Positions 1 to 7,069 of a stretch of DNA of 21,045 nt are shown here, one piece after another. Source of the DNA: Candidatus Hydrogenedentota bacterium (GTDB taxonomy: Bacteria > Hydrogenedentota > Hydrogenedentia > Hydrogenedentales > SLHB01); contig BTVY01000066.1 of NCBI GenBank assembly GCA_045863335.1, forward strand, positions 6,100 through 27,144. The letters are read 5' to 3'. The first letter of the stretch is position 1. Each line of letters starts with the position of its first letter. The translations under genes and the position numbers were made by a program. Below the pieces are notes generated by a model. The model saw only the letters and a program-made list of their open reading frames with translations, searched no databases and had not been told where the DNA came from.

Positions 1-81
1 GGATTGGGGATTGGGGATTGGGGATTGGGGATTGGGGATTGGGGATTGGGGATTGGGGATTGCGATGCGGATTGGGGATTG
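1..81. repeat. Tandem heptamer array (GGATTGG)n, truncated by the window edge
   Basis: Eight perfect GGATTGG copies at 1-56, a near-copy at 57-63, and further copies at 69-81. The reverse complement unit is CCCCAAT, the same as the cyanobacterial STRR1 consensus CCCCA(A/G)T. Confidence 0.97.
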
Positions 82-95
82 AAGAACGGGGTGGT

Positions 96-170
96 CCGCA
101 GATTTCGCCGATGACCGCCGATAAACACAAGAACATGAGTGTCGCCAAATTGCACCGATTGTCACAGATG
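96..170. repeat. Two triplets of degenerate 9-10 nt repeats with C(G/A)C(A/C)GAT core
   Basis: CGCAGATTT-CGCCGATGAC-CGCCGATAAA (97-125) and CGCCAAATTG-CACCGATTGT-CACAGATG (143-170). Confidence 0.6.
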
Positions 171-192
171 CATGAAGACATGCGCAACGGAG

Positions 193-211
193 AACGGGCG
201 TCTCGCCCGTT
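193..211. repeat. REP-like hairpin
   Basis: AACGGGCG-TCT-CGCCCGTT, perfect 8-bp stem. It is followed by TT, so a weak terminator role is also possible. Confidence 0.6.
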
Positions 212-313
212 TTATGACCAGAGAATTGCGGACGAAGGGTGAATCGCGCCGCCCGCCCTTTTCCAATGCGCAAACTCGACCCAACAGAGTCCCTTGCAAA
301 TCCGGATCTTGTT

Positions 314-347
314 CCCTCCCCGTCTACGGGGAGGGCCAGGGAGGGGG
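314..347. repeat. Pyrimidine/purine palindrome with an extra purine arm
   Basis: CCCTCCCCGT-CT-ACGGGGAGGG (10-bp perfect inverted repeat, 314-335) followed by CCAGGGAGGGGG. Confidence 0.75.
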
Positions 348-414
348 TCTTAAATTGCTATTGTTACATATAGGACCGCGCGTTCGCGAGGGTGACGGGG
401 GATGGGCAGAAAGA

Positions 415-438
415 CACAGGTGAGGGCACCTGTGCCAC
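415..438 (-). repeat. REP-like hairpin with GTGG (GTAG-like) foot
   Basis: CACAGGTG-AGGG-CACCTGTG-CCAC: perfect 8-bp stem; CCAC is GTGG on the minus strand. Confidence 0.6.
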
Positions 439-554
439 ACGGTTCGGGCAGCAGGACAGCGCGGGTTTTCCCGTCTGGGTCCGTTGAGCGGTGAACACTG
501 GTTTCGGTCACGTCTCCTAGTGAGATGTCATGCGTTTGGGTGTTGGGCTGTTCG

Positions 555-611
555 TTTCGGATTTGGGTCATTCGGATTTGTTTCGGATTTCGTGCTTCAG
601 ATTTCGGATTT
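555..611. repeat. Degenerate TTCGGAT heptamer array
   Basis: TTCGGATTT occurs four times (556-564, 571-579, 582-590, 603-611), with TTCAGAT and TTCGTGC variants between. Confidence 0.85.
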
Positions 612-727
612 GATTTCCTCCCGTGACCTCTTGAACGCCCAGGTTTGCGTGGATACTCTATGCGCCGCTGGCGGGGGTGTCCCGCCCGGTGTGCTGCAAG
701 AATTCGCGTGACAGGTGGGAGCGGTCC

Positions 728-1507
728 ATGAGCGTTCGTGCTATCGTCAACAGTCCCTGGTTTGCTTGGTCCATTCTGGGCGTGATTGTGTTCAATGCCG
801 TCCTCATCGGCATTTCAACGTACGTGACGTATCCGATCGTCAGGACCCTGGAATGGGTCTGCGTGTGGATCTTTGTCGTCGAAATCCTGCTGAAGTTCTA
901 CGCGCGGGATTCAGCGAAGGCGTTCTTCACGGACGGGTGGAATATCTTCGATATCGTCATCGTGGGGGCGGCGTTTGTGCCGGAGATTTCCGGCGCGTCT
1001 ACGGTGCTGCGGATTCTTCGCGTGTTCCGGGTGTTCCGTCTCGTAAAGACGGTCAGCGAACTTCGGTTGATCGTCGACGTGCTCGCGAAATCGCTGCGAT
1101 CCATGGCATACATCGCGATCCTTATGTTCATTTGTTTCTACGTGTACGCGGTCATGGCGGTGGAACTGTTCGGCAAGACGCAGCCGGAGCACTACGGGAC
1201 CTTGCACGAGGCGTTCTTCTCACTGTTCCGGTCGCTCACGGCCGAGGACTGGACCGACCTGCGCTACGCGGGCCTGGAACATTCCAATTACTGGCTCGTG
1301 ACCGGATTTCACGTGACGTGGATCCTGCTGGCGACGTTTCTGTTGATTAACCTCGTCGTGGGCGCGGTGATCAACAACTACCACGAGGTCCAGGAAATCC
1401 AGAAGCACGAGCGTTCGACCGCGTCGGAGCTGGACAAACGGATCATCGAGTTGTCTGGCGAATTGCAGGCCCTCCTGAAATCCAAGGTCGCGAAAGAGGA
1501 CGGGTAA
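728..1507 (+). CDS. Bacterial voltage-gated cation channel (BacNav-like, Ion_trans family, 6TM)
   Basis: S2 'FVVEILLK', S3 'FFTDGWNIFDIVIV', S4 'LRILRVFRVFRLVK', pore 'FFSLFRSLTAEDWTD', S6 'FLLINLVVGAVINN', and a C-terminal coiled-coil-like tail. ATG 728 follows GGGAG. Confidence 0.93.
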   Translation: MSVRAIVNSPWFAWSILGVIVFNAVLIGISTYVTYPIVRTLEWVCVWIFVVEILLKFYARDSAKAFFTDGWNIFDIVIVGAAFVPEISGASTVLRILRVFRVFRLVKTVSELRLIVDVLAKSLRSMAYIAILMFICFYVYAVMAVELFGKTQPEHYGTLHEAFFSLFRSLTAEDWTDLRYAGLEHSNYWLVTGFHVTWILLATFLLINLVVGAVINNYHEVQEIQKHERSTASELDKRIIELSGELQALLKSKVAKEDG

Positions 1508-1540
1508 CCGTTGTCTAGCGATGGTGCCAGTTGCACACCA

Positions 1541-1625
1541 GTAGCGCCTGGCTTCCATGCCGGGCGTTATTGTGGTGGGACATCTTTGGCTCCGAATCTC
1601 GCCCGGCATGGAAGCCGGGCGCTAC
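1541..1625. repeat. GTAG-type REP doublet (REPIN-like), family A
   Basis: GTAGCGCCTGGCTTCCATGCCGGGCG (1541-1566) and its inverted copy CGCCCGGCATGGAAGCCGGGCGCTAC (1600-1625), 25/26 complementary; each arm is itself an imperfect hairpin. Confidence 0.9.
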
Positions 1626-1652
1626 AGGCGTGTGGATATCGGCACGTCTTAC

Positions 1653-1736
1653 TCGAAATCGGTATCGCTATCGGATTTATTTCGCTCTTCCCATGTTGGG
1701 CTTATCCCCAAACTCGATCCCGCTCCCAATAGCGAT
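1653..1736. repeat. Inverted pair of degenerate hexamer arrays (TCGNNA / CGATNN)
   Basis: TCGAAA-TCGGTA-TCGCTA-TCGGAT (1653-1676) and CGATCC-CGCTCC-CAATAG-CGAT (1715-1736). ATCGCTATCGG is complementary to CCAATAGCGAT at 10/11. Confidence 0.6.
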
Positions 1737-1815
1737 GAGGAGTGGCGTGAGCGCGAGGTCCATGCCCGTATCAGTGTGGCTGTAACGCGGTCGGTTTCCA
1801 GGTTCGCTTCGCCCC

Positions 1816-1844
1816 TTGACAAAAAGTTTGGCGGCGCGTAGAAT
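1816..1844 (+). promoter_or_regulatory. Sigma70-type promoter of the mntR-troABCD operon
   Basis: TTGACA (1816-1821), 17-bp spacer, TAGAAT (1839-1844). Confidence 0.85.
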
Positions 1845-1847
1845 ATG

Positions 1848-1867
1848 AACATCGGTTAACTTAGTTT
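1848..1867 (+). promoter_or_regulatory. Possible DtxR/MntR operator at the transcription start
   Basis: AT-rich ATCGGTTAACTTAG with a GTTAAC palindromic core, loosely like DtxR-family TTAGG-N-CCTAA boxes. It lies just downstream of the -10; flank symmetry is weak. Confidence 0.3.
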
Positions 1868-1880
1868 GTTGGTGTTTACT

Positions 1881-2315
1881 GTGGCTGTCTTTAATTCCAG
1901 TGGCATCTCCGCCAGTCAGGAGGACTATCTCCTGGCCATTCGCAGGCTGACGGAATCCGACCGCGTGGCGCGGTCCAAGGACATCGCCGATGCCCTCGGG
2001 GTAACGGCGTCGTCGGTGACATCCGCCATCCAGCAGTTGCACGCGAGCGGGCACGTCCACTACGACCGCTACAGCTACATCACCTTGACCGAACAGGGCG
2101 AACGGGTCGCCAGCCAGTTGCTGCGACGGCACCGGCTCATCCAGGACTTCTTGACAGAAGTGCTGGGCATGCCGCGGTACGACGCGCACGCGAACGCGTG
2201 CCGAATTGAACACGCCCTGGGCCCGGAAGTCTGCGGGCGGCTGGAAGAATTGATGCAATTCCTGGAAGACGATCAAACACTCCTCAACGAGTGGAAACGG
2301 AAGCGGAAGAAATGA
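1881..2315 (+). CDS. mntR: DtxR/MntR-family metal-dependent transcriptional repressor (no FeoA/SH3 domain)
   Basis: 'SQEDYL', HTH 'SKDIADALGVTASSVTSAIQQL', 'ITLTEQG', 'RRHRLIQDFL', 'ACRIEH'. GTG 1881 chosen as start (GGTG upstream); the ORF is open from 1866. Confidence 0.92.
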   Translation: MAVFNSSGISASQEDYLLAIRRLTESDRVARSKDIADALGVTASSVTSAIQQLHASGHVHYDRYSYITLTEQGERVASQLLRRHRLIQDFLTEVLGMPRYDAHANACRIEHALGPEVCGRLEELMQFLEDDQTLLNEWKRKRKK

Positions 2316-3535
2316 TGATGAAATTAGTTCGAGAATTGGAGCGAGTGGCGCAGCGTGTAGTCGCACGACTGGGCGACGAGATCTTCTCGAAGAACATCCC
2401 CCTTGATCCCCCTTCGAAGGGGGAATTCTGCACGCCCGCTTCGCGGCGTGCTTGTAAGGGAGTGCAATTTGTTGAACCAGAGACACTCGTCGTGCTCCGC
2501 CGAAGTACTTGTTCGGCCAATTCCCCCTTTGAAGGGGGATCAAGGGGGATGTTCCCAAGGGCGGTTGGTGCGCGTCGGAATGGGCGATCGACTGCGCTGC
2601 TGCACGGCTTCCTGTGCGCAGCCATCGCCGTAATTGCGGTGTCGCTGGCGGGATGCGGAAGTTCCGAGACGGCGTCGTCCGGTGCAGGCAAAGCTGACGG
2701 CGTCCTGGTGGTGACGACGACCATCGGGATGATTACTGATGTGACGCGCGAGATCGCGGGCGAACACGCGGAGGTGCGCGGGCTCATGGGGCCGGGCGTC
2801 GATCCGCATTTGTACAAAGCGACCCAGGGCGACTTGGCGAAGCTTTCGGACGCGGATCTGATCCTCTACAACGGGCTGCACCTCGAAGGGAAGATGGCCG
2901 ATGTGCTGGTTCAGATGGCGCAACGGGTGCGGACGGTGCAGGTGACCGATGAGATTCCGCAGAACCTGCTGCGGGAGCCGCCCGAGTTCGCGGGGCAATA
3001 CGATCCGCACGTATGGTTTGACGTGAAGTTGTGGAGCATGGCTGCGGAACGGATCGCGAAGGCCCTGGCCGAAGCGGACCCCCAGCACGCCGAGGAATAT
3101 CGCAGCAACGCAGAAACGTACCTTGCGGAGTTGGAACAATTGGACGCGTACGCGCGCGAACAGATCGCGACGATTCCGAAGGAACAGCGCGTGCTGGTAA
3201 CGGCCCACGATGCCTTCGGCTATTTCGGCCGCGCCTACGACATCGAGGTCATGGGACTGCAAGGCATCAGCACCGCGGCGGAGTACGGACTTCAGGATCT
3301 CACGCGCATGGTCGATGTGATCGTCGAACGCAACATCAAGGCCGTGTTTGTTGAATCTTCCGTGTCGCCCAAGTCCATCGAAGCGCTCGTTCGCGGCGTG
3401 GAAGACAAAGGCGGAACCGTGAAGGTCGGCGGCGAACTTTTCAGCGACGCCATGGGTGAGGCCGGCACGCCGGAAGGCACCTACATCGGGATGGTCCGGC
3501 ACAATGTGGACACGATCGTGGAGGCGCTGAAATGA
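2312..3535 (+). CDS. troA: Mn/Zn/Fe ABC transporter substrate-binding lipoprotein (TroA-like)
   Basis: Lipobox LAGC; 'GVDPHLY', 'LILYNGLHLEG', 'YDPHVW', 'HDAFGYF', 'LFSDAMG' give a His/His/His/Asp site as in TroA. Start is uncertain: ATG 2312 (ATGA overlap with mntR stop) or ATG 2549 inside the palindromic element. Confidence 0.93.
   Translation: MMMKLVRELERVAQRVVARLGDEIFSKNIPLDPPSKGEFCTPASRRACKGVQFVEPETLVVLRRSTCSANSPFEGGSRGMFPRAVGARRNGRSTALLHGFLCAAIAVIAVSLAGCGSSETASSGAGKADGVLVVTTTIGMITDVTREIAGEHAEVRGLMGPGVDPHLYKATQGDLAKLSDADLILYNGLHLEGKMADVLVQMAQRVRTVQVTDEIPQNLLREPPEFAGQYDPHVWFDVKLWSMAAERIAKALAEADPQHAEEYRSNAETYLAELEQLDAYAREQIATIPKEQRVLVTAHDAFGYFGRAYDIEVMGLQGISTAAEYGLQDLTRMVDVIVERNIKAVFVESSVSPKSIEALVRGVEDKGGTVKVGGELFSDAMGEAGTPEGTYIGMVRHNVDTIVEALK
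2392..2554. repeat. 163-bp palindromic element with 36-bp terminal inverted repeats (CCCCCTT/AAGGGGG family)
   Basis: GAACATCCCCCTTGATCCCCCTTCGAAGGGGGAATT (2392-2427) and AATTCCCCCTTTGAAGGGGGATCAAGGGGGATGTTC (2519-2554), 35/36 complementary. The same family recurs at 20485-21016. Confidence 0.95.
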
Positions 3536-4323
3536 GCCCAACCTCACAACCCCATGCCGTCCCCATTGAGGTACACGATCTGACCGTGGCGTATCACCAT
3601 CGCCCCGTGCTTTGGGATATCGACGTGGTTTTTCCGGAAGGGCAACTCATCGCGGTGGTCGGCCCGAACGGCGCAGGCAAGAGCACGCTCATCAAAGCCA
3701 TCATGGGATTGGTGCCGTTGGCCTCCGGAACAGTAAGCATCTTCGGGCAGAATGTCCGCGACGGGCGGCGCTTGATCGCGTACGTGCCGCAACGCGAATC
3801 CGTCGACTGGGACTTCCCGACGACGGCTTTCGATGTGGTTCTCATGGGTCGATATGGGCATTTGCCGCTGTTCGGCCGTCCGCGCAAGCGCGACAAAGAG
3901 ATCGCGCGGCAGAGCCTCGAGAAGGTGGGCATGCTGGACTATGCCAAGCGGCAGATTAGCCAGTTGTCCGGCGGGCAGCAACAGCGCGTATTCCTTGCGC
4001 GGGCGCTGGCACAACAGACGCGCGTGTATCTCATGGACGAACCCTTCGCAGGTGTCGACGCGGCGACCGAGAAAGCCATCGTCGAATTGCTGCGCGAACT
4101 TCGTGAACAGGGCAGCACCGTGATCGTCGTGCATCACGATCTGCAATCCGTGCCGGAGTACTTTGATTCTGTGCTGCTGTTGAACCTGCGCATGGTGGCC
4201 TTCGGAAAGGTGGAATCGACCTTCACGACCGAAAACCTGCACAAGACCTACGGCGGACGCCTGAATCTACTCACGGAAGTGGGGGAGAAGCTGCGCAAGC
4301 AGGAATGGAGCGCCCGCGAATGA
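3532..4323 (+). CDS. troB: Metal ABC transporter ATP-binding protein
   Basis: Walker A GPNGAGKST, Q-loop YVPQ, signature LSGGQQQR, Walker B YLMDEP, H-loop VVHHD; ATGA overlap with troA. Confidence 0.95.
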   Translation: MSPTSQPHAVPIEVHDLTVAYHHRPVLWDIDVVFPEGQLIAVVGPNGAGKSTLIKAIMGLVPLASGTVSIFGQNVRDGRRLIAYVPQRESVDWDFPTTAFDVVLMGRYGHLPLFGRPRKRDKEIARQSLEKVGMLDYAKRQISQLSGGQQQRVFLARALAQQTRVYLMDEPFAGVDAATEKAIVELLRELREQGSTVIVVHHDLQSVPEYFDSVLLLNLRMVAFGKVESTFTTENLHKTYGGRLNLLTEVGEKLRKQEWSARE

Positions 4324-5657
4324 ACGGCGACACATTGACCGTTGCGGCGTCGTTGCCGCCGTGGCTATCGTTCTTCACATTGTCCGACGTGAACGTGCGG
4401 CTGGTGCTCTCCGGATGCATGTTGCTGGGGCTCTGCGCCGGGGTCCTCGGTTGCTACACCTTTCTCCGGAAACGCGCATTGCTCGGCGACGCGTTATCTC
4501 ACGCGGCCTTGCCCGGCGTCTGCGTGGCCTTCATGCTGACCGGCACGAAGAGCCAACTCATCATCCTGCTGGGCGCGACCGTATCGTGCTGGCTCGGTGC
4601 GATTCTGGTCGACCTGATTACGAACCATACCCGGTGCAAAGAGGAAAGTGCCCTCGGCATGGTACTTTCCGTGTTCTTCGCTATCGGCATTCTCCTGCTC
4701 ACGACCATTCAGCACAGCGGGAACGCGGCGCAGGCGGGTCTCGATAAATTTCTCCTGGGCAAAGCGCCCAGCATGCTCGATCGCGACGTGTGGACCCTGA
4801 GCATTCTCAGTCTGATTATTCTGGGTAGCGTGGCGCTTGCGTACAAAGAATTTAAAGTTATCTCCTTCGATCCTGGTTATGCGCGCGCGCTTGGCCTGCG
4901 AGTGCGGTTACTCGAGGTCTTTCTCGCGACCCTCATCGTTCTTGCTGTTGTTGTCGGCATTCAGGCGGTGGGCGTCGTGCTCATGGCCGCCATGCTCGTG
5001 ACGCCGGCCGCGGCCGCGCGGTATTGGACGAACCGCCTGGGCATCATGGCAATTCTTGCGGGGGTGTTCGGCGCGTTGAGCGGCGCGTTGGGCGCCTACA
5101 TCAGCTACCTCGGCCCGGGCATGCCGACAGGTCCCTGGATGGTCATGGCGGTGACGGCGTTTTTCGTCTTTTCGCTTGCGCTCGCGCCACATAAAGGTCT
5201 TGTGGCGCGAATCAGGCAGTCCGTGCGGATTCGCCGGAAGACGGCGCAAGAGAATATTCTTCGCACGCTCTATGTGCTGGGCGAGAAGGAGCACCGCTTC
5301 GACGCGCCCTGTTCGGAGGCCGACTTGTTGAAACACCGCCGCATGCGGTCGTCCGTGTTGCACCACACCCTGGACGCGCTCCAGCAGCAGGGGGTGGTGT
5401 TGGAAACCTCGCAGGGACATATTGCGTTGACCAAGGACGGCGTTAAACGGGCGGCGCGCATCACGCGAATCCACCGCCTATGGGAGTTGTATCTCACGCG
5501 CAAGGTGGAGATCGCGCCCGACCACGTACACGACGACGCCGAGGAGATCGAGCACATCATCACGCCCGAGTTGGAAGCGCGGCTCATGGCGGCGCTGGAC
5601 AATCCGGAGGAAGACCCTCATGCGCAACGGATCCCCGGAGTGGAGGGCGCGCGATGA
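4320..5657 (+). CDS. troC: Metal ABC permease (ABC-3) fused to a C-terminal DtxR-like winged-helix/dimerisation domain
   Basis: 'LLGDALSHAALPG', 'SFDPGYA', 'AVGVVLMAAMLVTPAAAA' for the permease; C-terminal 'ENILRTLY...LTKDG..RAARITRIHRLWELYL...VHDDAEEIEH'. ATGA overlap at 4320. Confidence 0.93.
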   Translation: MNGDTLTVAASLPPWLSFFTLSDVNVRLVLSGCMLLGLCAGVLGCYTFLRKRALLGDALSHAALPGVCVAFMLTGTKSQLIILLGATVSCWLGAILVDLITNHTRCKEESALGMVLSVFFAIGILLLTTIQHSGNAAQAGLDKFLLGKAPSMLDRDVWTLSILSLIILGSVALAYKEFKVISFDPGYARALGLRVRLLEVFLATLIVLAVVVGIQAVGVVLMAAMLVTPAAAARYWTNRLGIMAILAGVFGALSGALGAYISYLGPGMPTGPWMVMAVTAFFVFSLALAPHKGLVARIRQSVRIRRKTAQENILRTLYVLGEKEHRFDAPCSEADLLKHRRMRSSVLHHTLDALQQQGVVLETSQGHIALTKDGVKRAARITRIHRLWELYLTRKVEIAPDHVHDDAEEIEHIITPELEARLMAALDNPEEDPHAQRIPGVEGAR

Positions 5658-6547
5658 ATACGGGATTCTGGATTATTGTCGTCGGCGCGCTGGTCGCGGG
5701 TTCCTGCGCGCTCGTAGGGTGTTTTCTGGTGCTGCGGCGTCAGGCCATGATGGGCGATGCCATCAGCCACGCGGTCTTGCCGGGTATCGTTCTGGCGTTC
5801 ATGATCACGGGGAGCCGCAACACGGTCCCTATGGTCATCGGCGCGGGTGTGTTCGGCTTGCTCACCGTGTTCATTACCGGCGTACTCGAACGTCACGGCA
5901 AACTGCAGCCAGACGCTTCGTTGGGCGTAACCTTCACCTGGTTGTTCGCGGTGGGCGTGATCCTGGTTTCCGCATTTGCCGGTCATGTCGACCTCGACGC
6001 GGAATGCGTGCTCTACGGGGAGATTGAATACACGCCGCTGTATACCTGGACCTTCGCCGGACACGACATGGGACCCCGCGCCGCGTGGATCATGGGCGCA
6101 GCCGCGATTGCGAATGCGTTGTTCGTCGTGCTCGGGTACAAGCAGCTCAAGCTCTGCGCCTTCGACTCGGCCCTTGCCACGGCCGTCGGGATCAATGTCG
6201 CAGTCTGGCATTACCTTCTCATGGGTTTCGTATCCCTGACCACGGTCGCCGCATTCGAGAGCGTCGGCGCGATCCTCGTCGTCGCGTTGCTGATCGTGCC
6301 GCCGAACACCGCGTATTTGCTCACGGACCGGCTCTCACGAATGCTGGTAATTGCCGTGTTACTTGGCATCGCTAGCGCGATTGGGGGATACTGGCTGGCC
6401 AAGGCGATTGACAGCTCGACGTCCGCTGCGATCGCGGTCGTCGCGGGAATCTTCTTTGCCCTTGCTGCCCTGTTCTCACCATCGCATGGGGTAGTTCCAA
6501 GATATATCCGGCAGCGCCGAGTACCATTGGAGACCAGGGCATTATGA
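5654..6547 (+). CDS. troD: Metal ABC permease (ABC-3), second subunit
   Basis: 'MMGDAISHAVLPG', 'HVDLDAECVLYGEI', 'AFESVGAILVVALLIVP'; ATG 5654 overlaps the previous stop, with GGAGG upstream. Confidence 0.93.
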   Translation: MNTGFWIIVVGALVAGSCALVGCFLVLRRQAMMGDAISHAVLPGIVLAFMITGSRNTVPMVIGAGVFGLLTVFITGVLERHGKLQPDASLGVTFTWLFAVGVILVSAFAGHVDLDAECVLYGEIEYTPLYTWTFAGHDMGPRAAWIMGAAAIANALFVVLGYKQLKLCAFDSALATAVGINVAVWHYLLMGFVSLTTVAAFESVGAILVVALLIVPPNTAYLLTDRLSRMLVIAVLLGIASAIGGYWLAKAIDSSTSAAIAVVAGIFFALAALFSPSHGVVPRYIRQRRVPLETRAL

Positions 6548-6574
6548 GTCTGAAGTCTGTAGTCTTTATTCTGT
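6547..6574. repeat. Heptamer array AGTCTNN x4 (left end of the four-helix-bundle cassette)
   Basis: AGTCTGA-AGTCTGT-AGTCTTT-ATTCTGT, beginning on the last base of the troD stop codon. Confidence 0.8.
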
Positions 6575-6631
6575 ATGTAAGAGGGGCGCGGTCAGTAGCG
6601 TCATAAGCTACTTTTTCGGACGGCTGCGGGT

Positions 6632-6945
6632 TCAGAAAGAGCGAATCAGGGCAGACAACACTTTGCTCGTCTGGCAGCACTGGTCGTTTAACGTCTCGTA
6701 GGCTCTGGGTGATATGTGCATGAGCCGATGGGCAAGACTAAGTTGATACTCCACTTCCCGCGCGGAACCGTATGCAATTTCCAGAAAACGGACGAAATCT
6801 GGTTCCGATTCGCGTGCGCACCCCTCCGCAATTGAGACGATAGGCCAAATAGCTCCTCGCGAGGAAAGCTGCGTGTTACTTGGTAAACGTCCAGGGCAAG
6901 TTGATCCGCCAAGTCGAAGGCCCGGAGTTTGCGATGGTCCCGCAT
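6632..6945 (-). pseudogene. Four-helix-bundle protein (23S rRNA-IVP/Avd-like family), frameshifted by an internal deletion
   Basis: N-half '[41 protein letters not shown]' in one frame; C-half '[37 protein letters not shown]...' in another. The family's usual ~8-residue 'AAxSxxxN' segment is missing at ~6823-6832. Alternative start 6960. Confidence 0.88.
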
Positions 6946-7069
6946 CGGGAGCACACCCATAGATATCAGAGTCATCTATCACGAAAGCGATCTTATACTG
7001 GCAGTGGTTCTACAAACAATATCGTTCCAGCCTCACTTGTGCAGATGATTCGACGGTGCGAAGAGTCTT

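Noticed and set aside
631-659. TTGAAC-17-TACTCT as promoter for the channel gene; also TATACT on the minus strand at 18790-18795
   Set aside because: Matches to consensus are too weak to report as features.
18-711. Short ORFs including 'MGIGDWGLGIGDWG'
   Set aside because: These are translations of tandem repeats and palindromes with no RBS or protein-like composition.
1677-2558. 293-aa minus-strand ORF containing 'IPPSKGDQGG'
   Set aside because: It is antisense to mntR and runs through the promoter and the palindromic element; the apparent peptide similarity to ORFs near 20.5 kb is just translated repeat DNA.
6632-6982. Diversity-generating retroelement, or programmed frameshift in the Avd-like gene
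   Set aside because: No reverse transcriptase or TR/VR pair is present in the window. The frame change coincides with loss of conserved residues and has no slippery run, so deletion is the simpler explanation.
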